NCBI RefSeq assembly: GCF_006345805.1
Contig: NW_021833102.1
Span: forward strand, 9,021 to 73,020
Source: Octopus sinensis
Lineage: Eukaryota
DNA length: 64,000 bases
Direction: 5' to 3'
In this document: positions 51,101 through 64,000 of the stretch, in pieces
Position numbering within the stretch: the first letter of the stretch is position 1
How the letters are laid out: each line of letters opens with the position of its first letter
The notes under the pieces: model-generated
The model's database searches: none
Told to the model about the DNA's origin: nothing
The model's input: the letters and a program-made list of their open reading frames with translations, nothing else
Made by a program: the position numbers and the translations under genes

Positions 51101-54100
51101 TTTTATCGATCTCGTTTGGCGGTCCACTTGCTCATTTTATCGATCTCGTTTGGCGGTCCGCTCATTCATTTTGTCGATCATGTTTAGCGGTCCGCTAATG
51201 TCATTTTATCGATCTCGTTTATTTGTCTGCTAATTCATTTTATCGATCTCGTTTGGTGGTCCGATCAGTCATTTTGTCGATATCTTTTGGCGTTCCACTA
51301 AGTCATTCTATCGATCTCGTTTGGCTGTCCGCTAGGTCATTTTATCCGTCACGATTCGCGGTCCGCTAAGTCATTTTATCGATCTCGTTTAGTGGTCCGC
51401 TAAGTCATTTTATCGATCTCCTTTCGTCGTGTGCTAAGTCATTTTATCGATCTCGTTTGCTGGTCCGCTAATTCATTTTATCGATCTCTTTTGGCGGTCT
51501 GCTAGGTCATTTTGTTGATCTCGTTAAGCGGTCCGCTAAATCATTTTATCGATCTTGTTTGGTGGTCCGCTTTGTCATTTTCTCGATCTTGTTTGGTTGT
51601 CCGCAAAGTCATTTTATCGATCTCGTTTCGTCGTGTGCTAAGTCATTTTATCGATCTCGTTTGGCGGCCCGCTAGGTCATTTTATCCGTCTCGATTGGCG
51701 GTCCGCTAAGTCATTTTATCGATCTCGTTTGGCGGTCCACTAAATCATTTTATCGATCTCGTTTGGTGGTCCATTAAGTCATTTTTTGAACTCATTTAGC
51801 GGTCCGCAAAGTCATTTAATCGATCTCGTTTGGCGGTCCACTCGGTCACTTTATCGATCTCGTTTAGCGGTCTGCTAGGTCCTTTTATCGATTACGTTTC
51901 GTGGTCCGCGAGGTCATTTTATCGATCTCGTTTTGTGGTCCACTATGTCATTTTAACGATCTCGTTTGGTAGTCCGCTAATTCATTTTATCGATCTCGTC
52001 TGGTGGTCCGCTATGTCATTTTATCGATGTCGTTTGGCGGACCGCTAGGTCATTGTATCCGTCTCGATTGTCGGTCTGCTAAGTCATTTTATCGATCTCA
52101 TTTCGCGGTCCAGTAAGTCATTTTATCGATCTCGCTTGGCGGTCTGCTGTAATTTTATCGATCTCGTTTGGCGGTCAACTTGGTCATTTTATCGATCTCG
52201 TTTGGTGGTCCGCTCAGTCATTTTGTCGATCACGTTTAGCGGTCCGCTAATGTCATTTTATCGATCTTGTTTATTGGTCCGCTAATTCATTTTATCGATC
52301 TCGTATGGTGGTCCGCTAATTCATTTTATCGATCTCTTTTGGTGGTCTGCTAGGTCATTTTGTTGATCTCGTTTAGCGGTCCGCTAAATCCTTTTATCGA
52401 TCTCGTTTGGTGGTCCACTAAGTCATTTTATCGATCCTGTTTGGTTGTCCGCAAAGTCATTTTATCGATCTCGATTCGTCGTGTGCTAAGTCATTTTATC
52501 GATCTCGTTTGGCGGCCCGCTAGGTCATTTTATTCGTCTCGATTGGCAGTCCGCTAAGTCATTTTATCGATCTCTTTTGGCGATCCACTAAATCATTTTA
52601 TCGAACTCGTTTGGTGGTCCGCTAAATCATTTTTTGATCTCGTTTAGCGGTCCGCTAAGTCATTTTATCGATCTCGTTGGGCGGTCCCCTCGGTCATTTT
52701 ATCGATCTCGTTTTGCGGTCCACTAAGTCATTTTATCGACCTCGATTCGTGGTCCGCTAATTCATTTTATCGAACTCGTTTGGTGGTCCACTATGTCATT
52801 TTATCGATCACGTTTGGCGGTCCGCTAGGTCATTTTATCTGTCTCGATTGGCGGTCCGCCAAGTCATTTTATCGATCTCGTTGGCGGTCCACTAGGTCAT
52901 TTTATCGATCTCGTTTGGCGGTTCGCTCAGTCATTTTGTCGATCACGTTTAGCGTTCCGCTAATGTCATTTTATCGATCTCGTTTATTGGTCCACTAAAT
53001 CATTTTATCGATCTCGTTTGGCGGTCCGCTGTCATTTTATCGATCTCGTTTGGCGGTCCACTTGCTCATTTTATCGATCTCGTTTGGCGGTCCGCTCATT
53101 CATTTTGTCGATCATGTTTAGCGGTCCGCTAATGTCATTTTATCGATCTCGTTTATTGGTCTGCTAATTCATTTTATCGATCTCGTTTGGTGGTCCGATC
53201 AGTCATTTTGTCGATATCTTTTGGCGTTCCACTAAGTCATTCTATCGATCTCGTTGGCTGTCCGCTAGGTCATTTTATCCGTCACGATTCGCGGTCCGCT
53301 AAGTCATTTTATCGATCTCGTTTAGTGGTCCGCTAAGTCATTTTATCGATCTCCTTTCGTCGTGTGCTAAGTCATTTAATCGATCTCGTTTGCTGGTCCG
53401 CTAATTCATTTTATCGATCTCTTTTGGCGGTCTGCTAGGTCATTTTGTTGATCTCGTTTAGCGGTCCGCTAAATCATTTTATCGATCTTGTTTGGTGGTC
53501 CGCTTTGTCATTTTCTCGATCTTGTTTGGTTGTCCGCAAAGTCATTTTATCGATCTCGTTTCGTCGTGTGCTAAGTCATTTTATCGATCTCGTTTGGCGG
53601 CCCGCTAGGTCATTTTATCCGTCTCGATTGGCGGTCCGCTAAGTCATTTTATCGATCTCGTTTGGCGGTCCACTAAATCATTTTATCGATCTCGTTTGGT
53701 GGTCCATTAAGTCATTTTTTGAACTCATTTAGCGGTCCGCAAAGTCATTTAATCGATCTCGTTTGGCGGTCCACTCGGTCACTTTATCGATCTCGTTTAG
53801 CGGTCTGCTAGGTCCTTTTATCGATTACGTTTCGTGGTCCGCGAGGTCATTTTATCGATCTCGTTTTGTGGTCCACTATGTCATTTTAACGATCTCGTTT
53901 GGTAGTCCGCTAATTCATTTTATCGATCTCGTCTGGTGGTCCACTATGTCATTTTATCGATGTCGTTTGGCGGACCGCTAGGTCATTGTATCCGTCTCGA
54001 TTGTCGGTCTGCTAAGTCATTTTATCGATCTCATTTGGCTGTCTGCTAACTCATTTTATCCGTCTCGTTTGGTGGTCCGCTAATTCATTTTATCGATCTC

Positions 54101-57100
54101 GTTTGGTGGTCCGCTATGTCATTTTATCGATCTCGTTTGGCGGTCCGCTAGGTCATTTTATCCGTCTCGATTGTCGGTCCGCTAAGTCATTTTATCGATC
54201 TCGTTTGGCTGTCCGCTAACTCATTTTATCGATCTCTTTCAGCGGTCTGCTAGGTCATTTTGTTGATCTCGTTTGGTGGTCTGCTAAGTCATTTTATCGA
54301 TCTCGTTTGGCGGCCCGCTAGGTCAATTTGTCCGTCTCAATTAGCGGTCCGCTAAATCATTTTATCGATCTCGTTTGGTGGTCCGCTAAGTCATTTTATC
54401 TATGTCGTTTATTGGTCGCTAATTCATTTTATCGATCTCGTTTGGTGGTCCGCTCGGTCATTTTATCGATCTCTTTTGGCGGTCCACTAGGTCCTTTTAT
54501 CGATCTCGTTTGGCAGTCCGCTAGGTCATTTTATCCGTCACGATTGGCGGTCCCCTAAGTCATTTTATTGATCTCGTTTAGTGGTCCGCTAAGTCATTTT
54601 ATCAATCTTGTTTAATGGTCCGCTAGTGTCATTTTATCGATCTCCTTTCGTCGTGTGCTACGTCATTTTATCGATCTCGTTTGGCGGCCGGCTAGGTCAT
54701 TTTATCCGTCTCAATTAGCTGTCCGCTAAGTCATTTTATCAATCTCGTTTGGCGGTCCACTAAACCATTTTATCGATGTCGTTTGGTGGTCCGCTAAGTC
54801 ATTTTTTGATCTCGTTTAGCGGTCCGCTAAGTCATTTTATCGAACTCGTTTGGCGGTACACTCGGTCATTTTATCGATCTCGTTTAGCGGTCCGCTAAGT
54901 CATTTTATAAATAACGTTTCGTGGTCCGCAAAGTCTTTTTATCGATGTCGTTTTGTGGTCCACTAAATCATTCTATCGACCTTGTGTGGTGGTCCGCTAT
55001 TTCATTTTACCGATCTCGTTTCATGGTCCGCTCGGTTATTTTATCGATCGCTTTTGGCGGTCCACTAGGTCATTTCATCGATCTCGTTTGGCAGTCCGCT
55101 AGGTCATTTTATCCGTCACAATTGGCGGTCCGCTAAACCATTTTATCGATCTCGTTTAGTGGTCCGCTAAGTCATTTTATCGATCTTGTTTGTTGGTCCA
55201 CTAGGGTCATTTTATCGATCTACTTTCGTCGTGTGCTAAGTCATTTTATCGATCTCGTTTGGCGGCCGGCTAGGTCATTTTATCCGTCTCAATTAGCGGT
55301 CCGCTAAGTCATTTTATCGATCTCGTTTGGCCGTCCGCTAGATCATTGTATCCGTCTCGATTGTCGGTCTGCTATGTCATTTTATCGATCTCGTTTGGCT
55401 GTCCGCTAACTCATTTTATCGATCTCGTTTAGCGGTCCGCTAATTCATTTTATCGATCTCGTTTGGTGGTCCGCTATGTCATTTTATCGATCTCGTTTGG
55501 CGGTCCGCTAGGTCATTTTATCCGTCTCGATTGTCGGTCCGCTATGTCATTTTATCGATCTCGTGTGCCTGTCCGATAACTCATTTTATCGATCTCTTTT
55601 GGCGGTCTGCTAGGTCATTTTTTTTATCTCGTTTGGTGGTCCACTAAGTCATTTTATCGATGTCGTTTATTGGTCCGCTAATTCATTTTATCGATCTCGT
55701 TCGGTGGTCCGCTGGGTCATTTTATCGATCTCTTTTGGCGGTCCACTAGGTCATTTTATCGTTCTCGTTTGGCAGTCCGCTAGGTCATTTTATCCGTCAC
55801 GATTGGCGGTCCCCTAAGTCATTTTATCGATCTTGTTTAGTGGTCCGCTAAGTCATTTTTCGATCTTGTTTGGTGGTCTGCCCGGGTCATTTTATCGATC
55901 TCCTTTCGTCGTGTGCGAAGTCATTTTATCCATCTCGTTTGCTAGTCCGCTAATTCATTTTATCGATCTTTTTTTGCGGTCTGCTAGGTCATTTTGTTGA
56001 TCTCATTTAGCGGTCCGCTAAATCATTTTATCGATCTCGTTTGATGGTCCGCTAAGTCATTTTATCGATCTTGTTTGGTTGTCCGCAAAGTCATTTTATC
56101 GATCTCGTTTCGTCGTGTGCTAAATCATTTTATCGATCTCGTTTGGCGGCCCGCTAGGTCATTTTATCCGTCTCGATTGGCGGTCCGCTAAGTCATTTTA
56201 CCGACCTCGTTTGGCGGTCCACTAAATCATTTTATCGATCTCGTTTGGTGGTCCGCTAAGTCATTTTTTTAACTCATTTAGCGGTCCGCTAAGTCATTTT
56301 GTCGATCTCGTTTGGCGGTCTTCTCGGTCATTTTATCGATCTCGTTTAGCGGTCTGCTAGGTCCTTTTATCGATAACGTTTCGTGGTCCGCGAGGTCATT
56401 TTATCGATCTCGTTTTGTGGTCCACTATGTCATTTTAACGATCTCGTTTGGTAGTCCGCTAATTCATTTTATCGATCTCGTTTGGTGGTCCGCTATATCA
56501 TTTTCTCGATCTCGTTTGGCGATCCGCTACGTCATTTTATCCGTCTCGATTGTCGGTCTGCTAAGTCATTTTTTCGATCTCGTTTGGCTGTCCGCTAACT
56601 CATTTTATCGATCTCGTTTGGTGGTCAGCTAATTCATTTTATCGATCTCGTTTCGTGGGCCGCTATGTCATTTTATCGATCTCGTTTGGCGGTCCGCTAG
56701 GTCACTTTATCCGTCTCGATTGTCGGTCCGCTAATTCATTTTATCGATCTCGTTTGGCTGTCCGCTAACTCATTTTATCGATCTCTTTTGGCGGTCTGCT
56801 AGGTCATTTTGTTGATCTCGTTTCGTGGTCCGCTAAGTCATTTTATCGATGTCGTTTATATGTCCGCTAAATCATTTTATCGATCTCGTTTGGTGGTCCG
56901 CTAAGTCATTTTATCAATCTTGTTTGGTGGTCCGCTAGTGTCATTTTATCGATCTCCTTTCGTCGTGTGCTAAGTCATTTTATCGATCTCGTTTTGGGGC
57001 CCGCTAGGTCATTTTATCCGTCTCAATTAGCGGTCCGCTAAGTCATTTTATCGTTCTCGTTTGGCGGTCCACTAAATCATCTTATCGATGCCGTTTGGTG

Positions 57101-58110
57101 GTCCGCTAAGTCATTTTTTGATCTCGTTAAGCGGTCCGCTAAGTCATTTTATCGAACTCGTTTGGCGGTCCACTCGGTCATTTTATCGAACTCGTTTAGC
57201 GCTCCGCTAACTCATTTTATCGATAACGTCTCGTAGTCTGCAAAGTCATTTTATCGATGTCGTTTTGTGGTCCACTAAGTCATTCTATCGATCTTGTTTG
57301 GTGGTCCGCTAAGTCATTTTATCGATGTCGTTTATTGGTCCGCTAATTCATTTCATCGATCTCGTTTCATGGTCCGCTCGGTCATTTTATCGATCTCTTT
57401 TGGCGGTCCACTAGGTTATTTTATCGATCTCGTTTGGCAGTCCGCTAGGTCATTCTATCCGTCACGATTGGCGGTCCGCTAAGTCATTTTATCGATCTCG
57501 TTTAGTGGTCCGCTAAGTCATTTTATCGATCTTGTTTGGTGGTCCGCTAGGGTCATTTTATCGATCTCCTTACGTCGAGTGCTAAGTCATTTTATCGATC
57601 TCGTTTGGCGGCCCGCTAGGTCAGTTTATCCATCTCAATTAGCGGTCCGCTAAGTCATTTTATCGATCTCGTTTGGCGGTCCACTAAATCATTTTATCGA
57701 TGTCGTTTGGTGGTCCGCTATGTCATTTTTTGATCTCGTTTAGCGGTCCGCTTAGTGATTTTATCGAACTTGTTTGGCGGTCCACTCGGTCATTTTATCG
57801 ATCTCGTTTAGCTGTCCGCTAAGTCATTTTATCGATAACGTTTCGTGGTCCGCAAAGTCATTTTATCTATGTCGTTTTGTGGTCCACTAACTCATTCTAT
57901 CGATCGTGTTTGGTGGTCTGCTATGTCATATTATCGATCTCGTTTGGCGATCCGCTAGGTCATTTTATCCGTCTCGATTGGCGGTCCGCTCAGTCATTTT
58001 ATCGATCTCGTTTGGCGGTCCATTAAATCATTTTATCGATCTCGTTTGGTGGTCCGCTAAGTCATATTTTCACCTCGTTTAGCAGTCCGCTAAGTCATTT
58101 TCTCGATCTC
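48129..58110. repeat. 34-bp tandem satellite B (TCATTTTATCGATCTCGTTTGGCGGTCCGCTAAG), ~290 copies with a ~1.93-kb higher-order duplication
   Basis: 34-nt periodicity (48143 to 48177). Matching spurious ORF pairs 50425/52360, 51512/53445 and 51830/53763 give a 1933-1935 offset. Confidence 0.98.
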
Positions 58111-61100
58111 TGCAGAATCCGGTGCTCCCGTAGGTACATCAGAACAAGGTATATACCTAGTAAGTCTGTAGCTTGTGCAGAGACCGGTGCTCCCGTAGGT
58201 ACATCAGAACAAGGTAAATACCTAGTAAGTCTGCAGCTTGTGCAGAGACCGGTGCTCCCGTAGGTACAGCACAACAAGGTAAATACCTTGTAATTCTGTA
58301 GCTTGTGCAGAGCCCGGTGCCCCCATAGGTACATCAGAACAAGGTAAATACCTAGTAAGTCTGTAGCTTGTGCAGAGAGCAGTGCTCCCGTAGGTACATC
58401 AGAACAAGGTATATACCTTGTAACTCTGTAGCTTGTGCAGAGTCCGGTGCTCCCGTAGGTACATCAGAACAAGGTAAATACCTAGTAAGTCTCTACCTTT
58501 TACAGAGTCCGGTGCTCCCATAGGTACATCAGAAAAAGGTAAATACCCAGTAAGTCTTTAGCTTGTGCAGAATCCGGTGCTCTCGTAGGTACATCAGAAC
58601 AAGGTATATACCTAGTAAGTCTGTAGCTTCTGCAGAATCCGGTGCTCCCGTAGGTACATCAGAACAAGGTAAATACCTAGTAAGTCTGTACCTTGTGCAG
58701 AGTCCGGTGATCCCATAGGTACATCAGAAAAAGATAAATAACTAGTAAGTTTTTAGCTTTTGCAGAATCCGGTGCTCCCGTAGGTACATCAGAACAAGGT
58801 AAATACCTAGTAAGTCTGTAGCTTGTGCAGAATCCGCTGCCCCCGTAGGTACATCAGAACAAGGTAAATAACTCGTAAGCCTTTAGCTTGTGCAGAATCC
58901 GGTGCTCCCGTAGGTACATTAGAACAAGTTAAATACCTAGTGAGTCTGTAGCCTGTGCAAAAGCCGGTGCTCCCGTATGTTCATCAGAACAAGGTAAATA
59001 CCTAGTAAGTCTGTAGCTTGTGCAGAATCCGCTGCTCCCGTAGGTACATCAGAACAAGGTAAATACCTAGTAAGTCTGTAGCTTGTGCAGAATCCGGTGC
59101 TCCCGTAGGTATATCACAACAAGGTAAATACCTAGTAAATCTGTAGATTGTGCAGAGACCGGTGCTCCCGTAGGTACATCAGAACAAGGAAAATACCTAG
59201 TAAGTCTGTAGCTTGTGCACAGACCGGTGCTCCCGTAGGTACATCAGAACAAGGTAAAAACCTAGTCAGTCTGTAGCTTGTGCAGAGTCCGGTGCCCCCA
59301 TAGGTACATCAGAACAAAGTAAATACCTAGTAAGTATGTAGCTTCTGCAGAGACCAGTGCTCCCATAGGTACATCAGAAAAAGGTATATACCTAGTAAGT
59401 CTGTAGCTTGTGCAGAGTTTGGTGCTCCCGTAGGTACATCAGAACAAGGTAAATACCTAGTAGGTCTGTAGCTTGTGCAGAGTCCGGTGCTCCCGTAGGT
59501 ACATCAGAAAAAGGTAAATACCTAGTTAGTCTTTAGCTTGTGCAGAATCCGGTGCTCTCGTAGGTATATCAGAACAAGGTAAATACCTAGTAAGTCTGTA
59601 GCTTGTGCAGAATCCGCTGCTCCTGTAGGTACATCAGAACAAGGTAAAAACCTAGTAAGTCTGTAGCTTGTGCAGAATCCGGTGCTCCCGTTGGTACATC
59701 AGAACAATGTAAATACCCAGGCAGTCTGTAGCTTGTGCAGTGTCCGGTGCTCCCGTAGGTACATTAGAATAAGGTAAATACCTAGTAAGTCTGTAGCTTG
59801 TGCAGATTCCGGTGATCCCGTAGGTACACCAGAACAAGGTAAATACCTAGTAAGTCTGTAGATTGTTAAGAGTCCGGTGCTCCCGTAAGTACATCAGAAA
59901 AAGTTAAATACCTAGTAAGTCTGAAGCTTGTGCAGAATCCGGTGCTCCCGTATGTACATCAGAACAAGGTAAATACCTAGTAAGTCTGTAGCTTGTGCAG
60001 CGTCCGGTGCTCCCGTATGTACATCAGAGCAAGGTAAATACCTAGTCAGTCTGTAGCTTATACAGAGTCCGGTGCTCCCGTAGGTACATCAGAGCAAGGT
60101 AAAAACCTAGTCAGTCTGTATCATGTGCAGAGTCCGGTGCTCCCGTAGGTACATCAGAACAAGGTAAATAACTAGTCAGTCTGTATATTGTGCAGAGTCC
60201 GGTGCTCCCATATGTACATCAGAACAAGGTAAATACCTAGTAAGTCTGTAGCTTGTGCAGAGTCCGGTGCTCCCGTAAGTACACCAGAACAAGGTAAATA
60301 CCTAGTAAGTCTGTAGCTTGTGCAGAGTCCGGTGCTCCCGTAGGTACATAAGAACAAGGTAAATACCTAGTAAGTCTGTTGCTTGTGCAGAGTCCGTTGC
60401 TCCCGTAGGTACATCAGAACAAAGTAAATAACTCGTAAGTCTTTAGCTTGTGCAGAGTCCGGTGCTCCTGTAGGTACATCAGAACAAGGTAAATACCTAG
60501 TAAGTCTGTAGCTTGTGCAGAATCCGGTGCTCCCGTATGTACATCAGAACAAGGTAAATACCTAGTAAGTCTGTAGCTTGTGCAGAATCCGGTGCTCTCG
60601 TAGGTACATCAGAACAGGGTAAATACCTAGTAAGTCTGTAGCTTGTGCAGAATCCGGTGCTCCCGTAGGTACATCAGAGCAAGGTAAATACCTAGACAGT
60701 CTGTATCTTGTGCATAGTCCGGTGCTCCCGTATGTACATCAGGACAAGGTAAATACCTAGAAAGTCGGTAGCTTGTGCAGAATCCGGTGCTCCCGTAGGT
60801 ACATCAGAACAAGGTAAACACCTAGTAAGTCTGTAGCTTGTGCAGAGTCCGGTGCTCCCGTGGGTACACCAGATTAAGGTAAATACCTAGTAAGTAAATA
60901 CCTCGTAGGTACATCAGAGTCCGTTGCTCCCGTAGGTACATCAGAACAAGGTAAATACCTAGTAAGTCTGTAGCATGTGCAGAGTCCGGTGCTCCCGTAT
61001 GAACATCAGAACAAAGTAAATACCTCGTAAGTCTTTAGCTTGTGCAGAATCCGGTGCTCCTGAAGGTACATCAGAATAAGGTAAATACCTAGTAAGTCTC

Positions 61101-64000
61101 AACCTTGTGCAGAGTCCGGTGCTCCCGTAGGTACATCAGAACAAGGTAAATACCTAGTAAGTCTGTAGCTTGTGCAGAATCCGGTGCTCCCGTAGATACA
61201 TCACAGCAAGGTAAAAACCTAATCAGTCTGTAGCTTGTGCAGAGTCCGGTGCTCCCGTAGGTACATCAGAGCAAGGTAAATACCTAGTCAGTCTGTATCT
61301 TGTGCAGAGTCCGGTGCTCCCGAATGTACATCAGGATAAGGTAAATACCTTGTAAGTCTGTAGCTTGTGCAGAGTCCGGTGCTCCCGTAGTTACATCAGG
61401 AAAAGGTAAATACCTAGTAAGTCTGTTGCTTGTGCAGAATCCGGTGCTCCCGTAGGTACATCAGAACAAGGTAAATACCTAGTAAGTCTGTAGCTTGTGC
61501 AGAGTCCGGTGCTCCCGTATGTACATCAGAGCAAGGTAAATACCTAGTCAGTCTGTAGCTTGTGCAGAGTCCGGTGCTCCCGTAGGTACATCAGAGCAAG
61601 GTAAATACCTAATCAGTCTGTAGCTTGTGCAGAGTCCGGTGCTCCCGTAGGTACATCAGAGCAAGGTAAATACCTAGTCAGTCTGTATCTTGTGCAGAGT
61701 CCGGTGCTCCCGTATGTACATCAGGACAAGGTAAATACCTAGTAAGTCTGTAGCTTGTGCAGAATCCGGTGCTCCCGTAGGTACATCAGAACAAAGTAAA
61801 TACCTCGTAAGTCTTTAGCTTGTGCAGAATCCGGTGCTCCCGTAGGTACATCAGAACAAAGTAAATACCTCGTAAGTCTTTAGCTTGTGCAGAATCCGGT
61901 GCTCCTGAAGGTACATCAGAACAAGGTAAATACCTAGTAAGTCTCTACCTTGTGCAGAGTCCGGTGTTCCGTAGGTACACCAGAACAAGGTAAATACCTA
62001 GTAAGTAAATACCTCGAAGGTACATCAGAGTACGTTGCTCCCGTAGGTACATCAGAACAAGGTAAATACCTAGTAAGTCTGTAGCTTGTGCAGAGAGCAG
62101 TGCTCCCGTAGGTACATCAGAACAAGGTATATACCTTGTAAGTCTGTAGCTTGTGCAGAGTCCGGTGCTCCAGTAGGTACATCAGAACAGGTAAATACCT
62201 AGTAAGTCTCTACCCTTGTACAGAGTCCGGTGCTCCCATAGGTACATAAGAAAAAGGTAAATACCCGGTAAGTCTTTAGCTTGTGGCAGAATCCGGTGCT
62301 CTCGTTGGTACATCAGAACAAGGTATATACCAAGTAAGTCTGTAGCTTGTGCAGAATCCGGTGCTCCCGTAGGTACATCAGAAAAAGATAAATACCTAAT
62401 AAGTCTTTAGCTTTTGCAGAATCCGGTGCTCCCGTAGGTACATCCGAGCAAGGTAAAACCTAGTCAGTCAGTATCATGTGCAGAGTCCGGTGCTCCCGTA
62501 GGTACATCAGAACAAGGTAAATAACTTGTCATTCTGTATCTTGTGCAGAGTCCGGTGCTCCCATATGTACATCAGAACAAGGTAGATACCTAGTAAGTCT
62601 GTAGCTTTTGCAGAGTCCGGTGCTCCCGTAAGTACATCAGAACAAGGTAAATGCCTAGTAAGTCTGTAGCTTGTGCAGAGTCCGGTGCTCCCGTAGGTAC
62701 ATAAGAACAAGGTAAATACCTTGGAAGTCTGTTGCTTGTGCAGAGTCCGTTGCTCCCGTAGGTACATCGGAACAAAGTAAATACCTCGTAAGTCTTATTT
62801 TGTGCAGAGTCCGGTGCTCCGTAGTACATCAGAACAGGTAAATACCTTCATAGTCCTGTAGCTTGTGCAGAATCCGGTGCTCCCGTAGTACATCAGAACA
62901 ATGTAAATACCTAGTCAGTCCTGTAGCTTGTGCAGAATCCGGTGCTCTCGTAGGGTACATCGAACGGTAAATACCTAGTAAGTCTGTAGGCTTGTGCAGA
63001 ATCCGGTGCTCCCGTAGGTACATCAGAAAATTAAAAAACTAGGTAGTCTGTTTCTTGTGGCAGAATCCGGTGCTTCCCGTAGGTACATCAGAACAAGGTA
63101 ATACCTAGTAATTCTGTAGCTTGGCAGAGTCCGGTCCTCCCGTAGGTACAACCACATAAGGTAAATACTACCTATTAACCTTCTGTAGCTTGTTCAGAGT
63201 CCTGTTGCTCCCGTAGATCCATCAGGAAGAGGTAAATACCTAGTAAGTCTGTAGCTTGTGCAGAATCCGGTGCTCCCGTAGGTAATCAGAAACCAGGTAA
63301 ATACCTAGTAAGTCTGTAGCTTGTGCAGAGTCCGGTGCTCCCGTATGTACATCAGAGCAAGGTAAATAACCTAGTCATCTGTAGCTTGTGCAGAGTCCGG
63401 TGCTCCCGTAGGTACATCAGCAAGGTAAATAAACTAGCTCAGTCTGAGCTTTTTTGTGCAGAGTCCGGTGCTCCCGTAGGTACATCGAGCAAGGTAAATA
63501 CCTAGTCAGTCTGTATCTTGTGCAGAGTCCGGTGTTCTCCTTATGTACAATCAGTAAAAGAGGTAAATACAAAATACCTAGTAAGTCGTGCTTGTGCAGA
63601 ATCCATCCCGGTGCTCCCATTGGTACCTCAGAACGAGGTAATACCTAGTAAGTCTGTAATCTTTGTGCGAGTCCCGGTGCTCCCGGTAGGTACAATCGAA
63701 CAAAGTAAATACCTAGTAATTCTGTAGCTTGTGCAGAATCCGGTGCTCCCGTAGGTACATCAGAACAAGGTAAATACCTAGTAAGTCTGTATCGGTGCTT
63801 GTGCAATAATACCTAGTAAGTCTCCCGTAGGTACTACAGAACAAGGTAAAATACTAGTAAGTCTGTAGCTTGTGCAGAGTCCGGTGCTCCCGTAGGTACA
63901 TCGAACAGGGTAAATACCTAGTAAGTCTGTAGCTTGTGCAGAATCCGTGCTCCCGTAGGTACATCAGAAAAAGGTAAATACCTAGTAAGTCTGTAGCTTA
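58111..64000. repeat. 65-bp tandem satellite (TGCAGAATCCGGTGCTCCCGTAGGTACATCAGAACAAGGTAAATACCTAGTAAGTCTGTAGCTTG), ~90 copies, runs off the window
   Basis: 65-nt periodicity (58111 to 58176). Confidence 0.98.

Noticed and set aside
48129-58110. Homology between the two 34-bp satellites
   Set aside because: They share only length and short words (GGAC, AACGAG) at different spacings; no colinear alignment on either strand by eye.
58111-64000. Hammerhead-containing satellite (minus strand has CUGAUG)
   Set aside because: It reads CUGAUGU rather than CUGANGA, and has no GAAA core or compatible stems.

Overview
Eukaryotic, repeat-saturated window, most likely from an octopus-type cephalopod (inferred from the tRNA/CORE-type SINEs, RTE LINEs with (GAT)n tails and dense (TA)n). 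It contains no intact, recognisable protein-coding gene. Layout: a 15-bp satellite (1-9.6 kb) joined to a 34-bp satellite, with the same composite recurring at 14.7-16.1 kb between telomere-like CCCTAA remnants; a mosaic of segmental and tandem duplications with SINEs, a CR1-type LINE and Penelope-like fragments (10-28 kb); a transposon graveyard (Gypsy LTR nested in RTE, Tc1, Helitron, several RTE copies; 28-48 kb); then a second 34-bp satellite (48.1-58.1 kb) and a 65-bp satellite (58.1-64 kb). The most notable element is a spacer-less ~1.62-kb palindrome (43682-45305). Each arm carries a Penelope-type hammerhead ribozyme core with a palindromic stem III and an unusually long, structured stem II, so there is one ribozyme per strand. 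All alignments and folds were done by eye, and TE boundaries are approximate.
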